From NCBI GenBank assembly GCA_963700285.1, contig CAVOXA010000005.1, forward strand, positions 160,001 to 224,000: a stretch of 64,000 bases of DNA, read 5' to 3'. The stretch's first letter is position 1. Every line of letters starts with the position of its first letter. This DNA comes from an uncultured Chloroflexia bacterium. Lineage in GTDB: Bacteria > Chloroflexota > Anaerolineae > JAAYZQ01. Under the pieces are notes generated by a model. The model did no database searches, was not told the DNA's origin, and was given only the letters and a program-made list of their open reading frames with translations. Of this stretch, positions 58,247 to 64,000 are shown one piece after another. The translations under genes were made by a program, and so were the position numbers.

Positions 58247-61200
58247 CTACTTGGGCCGCTGCTTCGACGTTGTCCGCGTCGTAGACGGTAAACGGTCCCA
58301 TCAGGACGCGCAGACCCACGTCGCGGGTGGGGTCCTTCTCGATGGTGTAGGTGCCCATGCGGCCGGCCTCAAAGCGCTCGCCGACCGCTGCCTTCGATGG
58401 CGCCCGTCGCCAGCAGGTAGGTGACATAGTAGGTCAGGTAGCCGAGGTCGACAAAGCTCCACAGGGCGAACTCGGGCGCACAGCCGTTGAGGGTGTAGGA
58501 CACCATCTCGGCCGGCAGGCCCAGACCGCTGACCTTGACCGTGTCGCACAGGCCCTCGTCCTGCATGGCCTTGGCCGCGGCGGCGATGCCGACCGTGGTC
58601 GGGGCCATGATCAGTTCCATGTCGGGGTACTTGTCGACGAGGGCCAGGGCCTGGTTGTAGCTGTCCTCTGACTGGTCGTTGCCATAGACGATGTCCAGCA
58701 GTTCCAGGTTGGCGTAGGTCGGCATCGGTCTGCCAGGACCTCTTCCAGGGCGGCGATCCAGGCGTTCTGGTTGGCGGCGTCGGGCGACGCGGAGAGCACG
58801 GCGAACTTGCCGCCGTCGTCGCCGAGGATGCTCAGGGCCATGTCGGCCATGACCGTGCCGGTCTCGTCAAAGTCCACCTGGGCGACAAAGACCTGCTCGC
58901 CTTCGGCCGAGGGGATGGGCGAGTCCCAGGTGACGACGGTCATGCCCGCGTCGCGGGCTGCCTGGGCGGCGGGCGCGATCTGGTCTCCGGCGTTGTTGGA
59001 GATCATGATGGCGTCCATGGCCCTGGGTGGCGGCGGTGGTGACGATTTCGATCTGGCCGGCGACGCTGTTCTCCGGCGTGGGCCCCAGGAACTGCAGCTC
59101 GCCGGTGTTCTCCAGCTCGGCGTGGGCTTCCTTGGCGCCGTTGTTGGCCTGGTCAAAGACCAGGATGCCCAGGAACTTGGGCAGCAGCACCATGTTCAGC
59201 TTCCTGTCCCGGCTCAGCCACGACCGGCGCGCCCTCTGCCTCAGCTCCTGCGGTCCGGCCTCGGCCTCGACGTTGTCTTGCGTCGTAGACCTTGAAGGGT
59301 CCCATCAGGACGCGCAGACCGGCGTCGCGGGTGGGGTCCTTCTCGATGGTGTAGGTGCCCATGCGACCGGCCTCAAAGCGCTCGCCGACCGCTGCCTTCG
59401 ATGGCGCCGGTGGCCAGCAGGTAGCTGACATAGTAGGTCAGGTAGCCGAGGTCGACAAAGCTCCACAGGGCGAACTCGGCGCACAGCCGTTGAGGGTGTA
59501 GGAGACCATCTCGGCGGGCAGGCCCAGACCGCTGACCTTGACCGTCGTCGCACAGAGCCCTCGTCCTGCATGGCCTTGGCCGCGGCGGCGATGCCGACGG
59601 TGGTGGGGGCCATGATCAGCTCCATGTCGGGGTACTTGTCGACCAGGGCCAGGGCCTGGTTGTAGCTGTCCTCCGACTGGTCGTTGCCGTAGACGATGTC
59701 CAGCAGCTCCAGGTTGGCGTAGGTGTCATCGGTCTCCAGGACCTCTTCCAGGGCGGCGATCCAGGCGTTCTGGTTGGCGGCATCGGGCGAGGCGGAGAGC
59801 ACGGCGAACTTGCCGCCGTCGTCGCCCAGGATGCTCAGGGCCATGTCGGCCATGACCGTGCCGGTCTCGTCAAAGTCCACCTGGGCGACAAAGACCTGCT
59901 CGCCTTCGGCCGAGGGGATGGGCGAGTCCCAGGTGACGACGGTCATGCCCGCGTCGCGGGCTGCCTGGGCGGCGGGCGCGATCTGGTCTCCGGCGTTGTT
60001 GGAGATCATGATGGCGTCCATGGCCCTGGGTGGCGGCGGTGGTGACGATTTCGATCTGGCCGGCCACGCTGTTCTCGGGCGTCGGCCCCAGGAACTGCAG
60101 CTCGCCGGGTTCCCCAGCTCGGCGTGGGCTTCCATGGCGCCGTCGTTGGCCTGGTCAAAGACCAGGATGCCCAGGAACTTGGGCAGGAGCACCATGTTGA
60201 CTTCTTGGCCCGGCCTCGGCCATCACCGGCGCCTTCGCCGGCCTCAGCCTGCGGTCCAGCCTCGGCCTCGACGTTGTCCTCGTCATAGACCTTGAAGGGT
60301 CCCATCAGGACGCGCAGACCGGCGTCGCGGGTGGGGTCCTTCTCGATGGTGTAGGTGCCCATGCGGCCGGCGTTGAAAGCTCTCGCCTTCCTCGCCTTCG
60401 ATGGCGCCGGTGGCCAGCAGGTAGCTGACATAGTAGGTCAGGTAGCCGAGGTCGACAAAGCTCCACAGGGCGAACTCGGGCGCGCAGCCGTTGAGGGTGT
60501 AGGATACCATCTCGGCCGGCAGGCCCAGACCGCTGACCTTGACCGTGTCGCACAGCCCCTCGTCCTGCATGGCCTTGGCCGCGGCGGCGATGCCGACGGT
60601 GGTGGGGGCCATGATCAGTTCCATGTCGGGGTACTTGTCGACCAGGGCCAGGGCCTGGTTGTAGCTGTCCTCCGACTGGTCGTTGCCATAGACGATGTCC
60701 AGCAGCTCCAGGCTGGCGTACTTGTCGTCGGTCTCCAGGACCTCTTCCAGGGCGGCGATCCAGGCGTTCTGGTTGGCGGCATCGGGCGAGGCGGAGAGGA
60801 CGGCGAACTTGCCGCCGTCGTCGCCCAGGATGCTCAGGGCCATGTCGGCCATGACCGTGCCGGTCTCGTCAAAGTCCACCTGGGCGACAAAGACCTGCTC
60901 GCCCTCGGCCGAGGGGATGGGCGAGTCCCAGGTGACGACGGTCATGCCGGCGTCGCGGGCAGCCTGGGCGGCGGGCGCGATCTGGTCTCCGGCGTTGTTG
61001 GAGATCATGATGGCGTCCATGCCCTGGGTGGCGGCGGTGGTGACGATCTCGATCTGGCCGGCCACGCTGTTCTCCGGCGTGGGCCCCAGGAACTGCAGTT
61101 CGCCTGCGTTCCCCAGCTCGGCGTGGGCTTCCATGGCGCCGTCGTTGGCCTGGTCAAAGACCAGGATGCCCAGGAACTTGGGCAGCAGCACCATATTGAC

Positions 61201-61415
61201 CGTCTCGCCTGGGGTGGCATCTACCGGCCCGCCTTCGGGCTTTGACTCCGGGGCTTCGGTCGGCTTCCTCAGCCGGGGCCTTGGTTGGTTCGGCTGCGGC
61301 TGGTTCCGCAGTCGGTTCGGGCGCTGTCGTTGGCGCAGGCGTGGGCCCACAGGCAGCCATCACCATGGCCACAACCACGAGCAGCGTGATGATACGCCAA
61401 GTCTTGTGTCTTCAT
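58247..61415 (-). CDS. Rhamnose-type ABC substrate-binding lipoprotein with three tandem binding domains, frameshifted
   Basis: MAAC lipobox and Pro/Thr/Glu linker. MVLLPKFLG begins at 61194, 60195 and 59193 (about 1.0-kb period). Confidence 0.8.
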
Positions 61416-61562
61416 CCTTCTTACCTCCTCTTTCTTGTCTAGGACTATTTTCGGTCGAGCAAACAGATTCACTTCTTGTACGCGTACAGGTTTCCTGATG
61501 GCGCCTCCTTTCTTCATAGTTCCAAGCCAGCGCGTCCAACGCGAGAGCGCGCTCGCACCAAG

Positions 61563-62592
61563 GTTAGGTCTCTGGGCAGCCGCCTCCTGCGGCTGCGCCA
61601 TGTGTCGGCGGCGGTTCAGTGCCTCCCGGGCAGTGCCGACAAGGTTGGGGACCAGCACCGAGAGGATCAGCAGAACGCCGATGACGCCGGTCTGGATGTG
61701 GCCGGTGAGGTTGGCCAGCGACATGCCGTTGCGCAGGTTGAGGACGATCAGGATGGACAGCAGCACGCCACAGATCGAGCCGGAGCCGCCGAAGATGCTG
61801 ACGCCACCCAGCAGCACCATGGTGATGATGTCCAGCTCAAAGCCCAGTGGCCAGGTCGCCGCGGACGGCGCCCAGCCGGGCGGCAAAGAGCAGGCCGGCC
61901 AGGGCCGCGACGGTGCCCGAGGCGATGAACAGGATCATCTTGACCCGGCGCACCTTGACGCCCGAATAGCGGGCAACATCCGTGCTGTTGCCGATGACAT
62001 AGACGTAGCGGCCAAAACCGGAGTATTGCAGGATCACGACGGCGACGATGACAAAGCACGAAAAAGAGGATCATGGCCAGCGGGAAGGGACCGATGAGCG
62101 GCTGCTGGCCCAGGGCATCGAACCAGTCCGGGAAATCGCCGATGGAGCGGTCTTCCAGCAGGACGCGGGCCAGACCGCGGTACATGATCAGCGTCGCCAG
62201 GGTCACCACCAGGGAGGGCAGGCCGACGACGGCGATCCAGAAGCCGTTGAAGGCGCCGCCCAGCACGCCGATCGGCCAGGCTCAGCAGAAGGCCCGTCTG
62301 AATCGGCACGCCCTGCTCGTGAAACCAGCCCAGCGCGCAGGCCGACAAGGCCCATCATCGAGGCCACCGACAGGTCGATCTCGGCGTTGATGATGATAAA
62401 GGTCATGACCAGGGCGACGATGATCTTCTCAATGGACAGCTGGAACAGATTGATCTGGTTGCCGATGCTGAGATAGGCGGGCGCCTGGACGCTGTTGATG
62501 GCGATGATGATCAGCAAAAGGACGAGCAGAAAGCCTTCCCAGCTCTTGAGCCGCTCCCAGAGTCCAGACAGGAATCCTTGATTAGGCGACAT
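61563..62592 (-). CDS. Sugar ABC permease (RbsC-type), frameshifted
   Basis: [36 protein letters not shown]. 3' end approximate. Confidence 0.85.
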
Positions 62593-63652
62593 GGCTGCCT
62601 CCTTCCGGAGTCTCGAGTTCACTGCCGTCTGATTCATCTGCAGCTCGCTGCGCCGCGCCCAGAGGTTGCGCAACCGGTTCATGATCACCGTGTCGGCGGC
62701 GACGGCCAGCAGGATCAGCAGGCCCAGCAGGGCGTCGCGCCAGAATTCGCTGATCTCCAGCCAGCGGATCAGGCTGTTGTCCAGCAGGTCGATCAGGATA
62801 GCGCCCAGCAGGGCGCCGACGGCTGTGCCGATCCCGCCAGCATTGCTGACGCCACCGACCACGACGGCGGCCACCGATGCCAGTTCGATGCCCAGCCCGG
62901 CCACTACGGTGATGTTGCCAAAGCGGGCCAGGAACATGAACCCGGCCAGCCCGGCCAGCGCGCCGCAGAGCACAAAGGCGAGGAAGACGATGCGCTGCGA
63001 GGGAAAACCGGCGATTGCGGGCGGCATCCGGGTTGGAGCCGATGGCGTACAGCCGCCGCCCATAGGGCAGGTACTTGAGCATCAGTTGGAACAGCGATCA
63101 CGACGACGATCATCACGCCGACCATGAGCCGCAGATCCAGTTCGCCGATGCTAAAGATGTTGGCCCGGGGCAGGTTCGAGCAGCCACTCGGGCAGGTTGG
63201 AGGTCAGAACGGTCTGGGCATCCGAAAACTCGACCAGGAGCGTGCGGTAGATGGCCAGCGTGCCCAGGGTGACGATGATCGATGGGACCCGGCCATAGGC
63301 CACCAGCAGGCCATTGACCGCGCCCATGAGCGCGCCGATGCCGATGGCCATCAGCACCGCCAGCACCGGGCGCCATGTCGTTGTTGCCGGCCAGTTGCTG
63401 GCCCACAAAGTAGGCGGTAAAGCCGACGATGGAGCCGACGGATAGGTCGATGTTGCGGGTCAGAAAGACCAGCGTCTGGCCCACGGCCACGACGGCGATG
63501 ATGGCCACGCTGGTGGAAATGCGGTTGAAGAAGCGGGGGTTGAAATAGTTGTCGATCTGCGTGCCAAAGAAGAGCAGCACGAGGACGATGAGCAGCAGGG
63601 TGACCAACTCCCGGATCTGTTCGGGCTGAAAGCGGCGTCTCAGTGTACTCAT
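62582..63652 (-). CDS. Sugar ABC permease (RbsC-type), frameshifted
   Basis: [36 protein letters not shown]. Confidence 0.85.
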
Positions 63653-64000
63653 GGCTGGGCCTCCATGGTGGCCTGGCCCTCGTCCCGAGGGCGCTCTGCC
63701 CCATGGCTGCGGTCATGATCTTCTCCTGTGTGGCCTCTTGCCGGTCGAAGATGCCCATCTGCCGGCCTTCGCGCATGACCAGGATGCGGTCGCTCATGGC
63801 CAGCACCTCGGGCAGGTCGGACGAGATGAGGATGATGCCCAAGCCCTCGGCTGCCAGGTCGTTGATCATGTGATGGACCTCGGCCTTGGCGCCCACGTCG
63901 ATGCCGCGCGTCGGTTCATCCAGGATGAGCAGCTTGGGCTGGGCGTTGAGCCATTTGCTCAGCATCACTTTCTGCTGGTTGCCGCCGGAGAGCTTGTCCA
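63649..64000 (-). CDS. Sugar ABC ATP-binding protein, 3' part only
   Basis: [30 protein letters not shown]. Confidence 0.95.

Noticed and set aside
58247-61200. 1-kb direct repeats as IS copies, CRISPR or a diversity-generating system
   Set aside because: The repeats are protein-coding SBP units. There are no spacers, transposase or reverse transcriptase.
56471-64000. Programmed frameshifting or phase variation
   Set aside because: Indels are numerous, lack consistent slippery sites and hit ordinary conserved genes. Sequence error is more parsimonious.

Overview
GC-rich bacterial DNA, most consistent with Chloroflexota/Anaerolineae (inferred from 'LxLPLV'-type motifs on secreted proteins, Pro/Thr-rich lipoprotein linkers and the palindromic repeat types). 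Bases 1-36.3 kb are an accessory patchwork of hydrolases, MFS transporters, three secreted protease-family genes, IS remnants, MITEs and REP-like hairpins. Bases 36.4-64 kb are one minus-strand sugar-catabolism cluster: ABC importer, rhaM/rhaA/rhaB, class II aldolase and DeoR regulator, plus many non-canonical genes. These are sorbose-1-P-reductase-like and sorbitol-6-P-dehydrogenase-like enzymes, a PHP-like protein, two TPP-dependent E1 sets, an E2, a transaldolase with a Cys-rich insert, a URO-D-family protein, SDRs and metallo-beta-lactamase-fold hydrolases. The best candidate for an undescribed system is this extended rhamnose/6-deoxyhexose pathway. Other highlights: a MITE present both empty and carrying a 1.1-kb gene fragment, a binding lipoprotein with three tandem domains, a probably inactive subtilase and a Ser/Ser DapF. 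Many genes at 38.6-41.9, 49.4-51.9 and 56.4-64 kb have 1-nt frameshifts that look like assembly errors, so boundaries there are approximate. No rRNA, tRNA or CRISPR array was seen. All family calls come from motif recognition by eye, not database searches.
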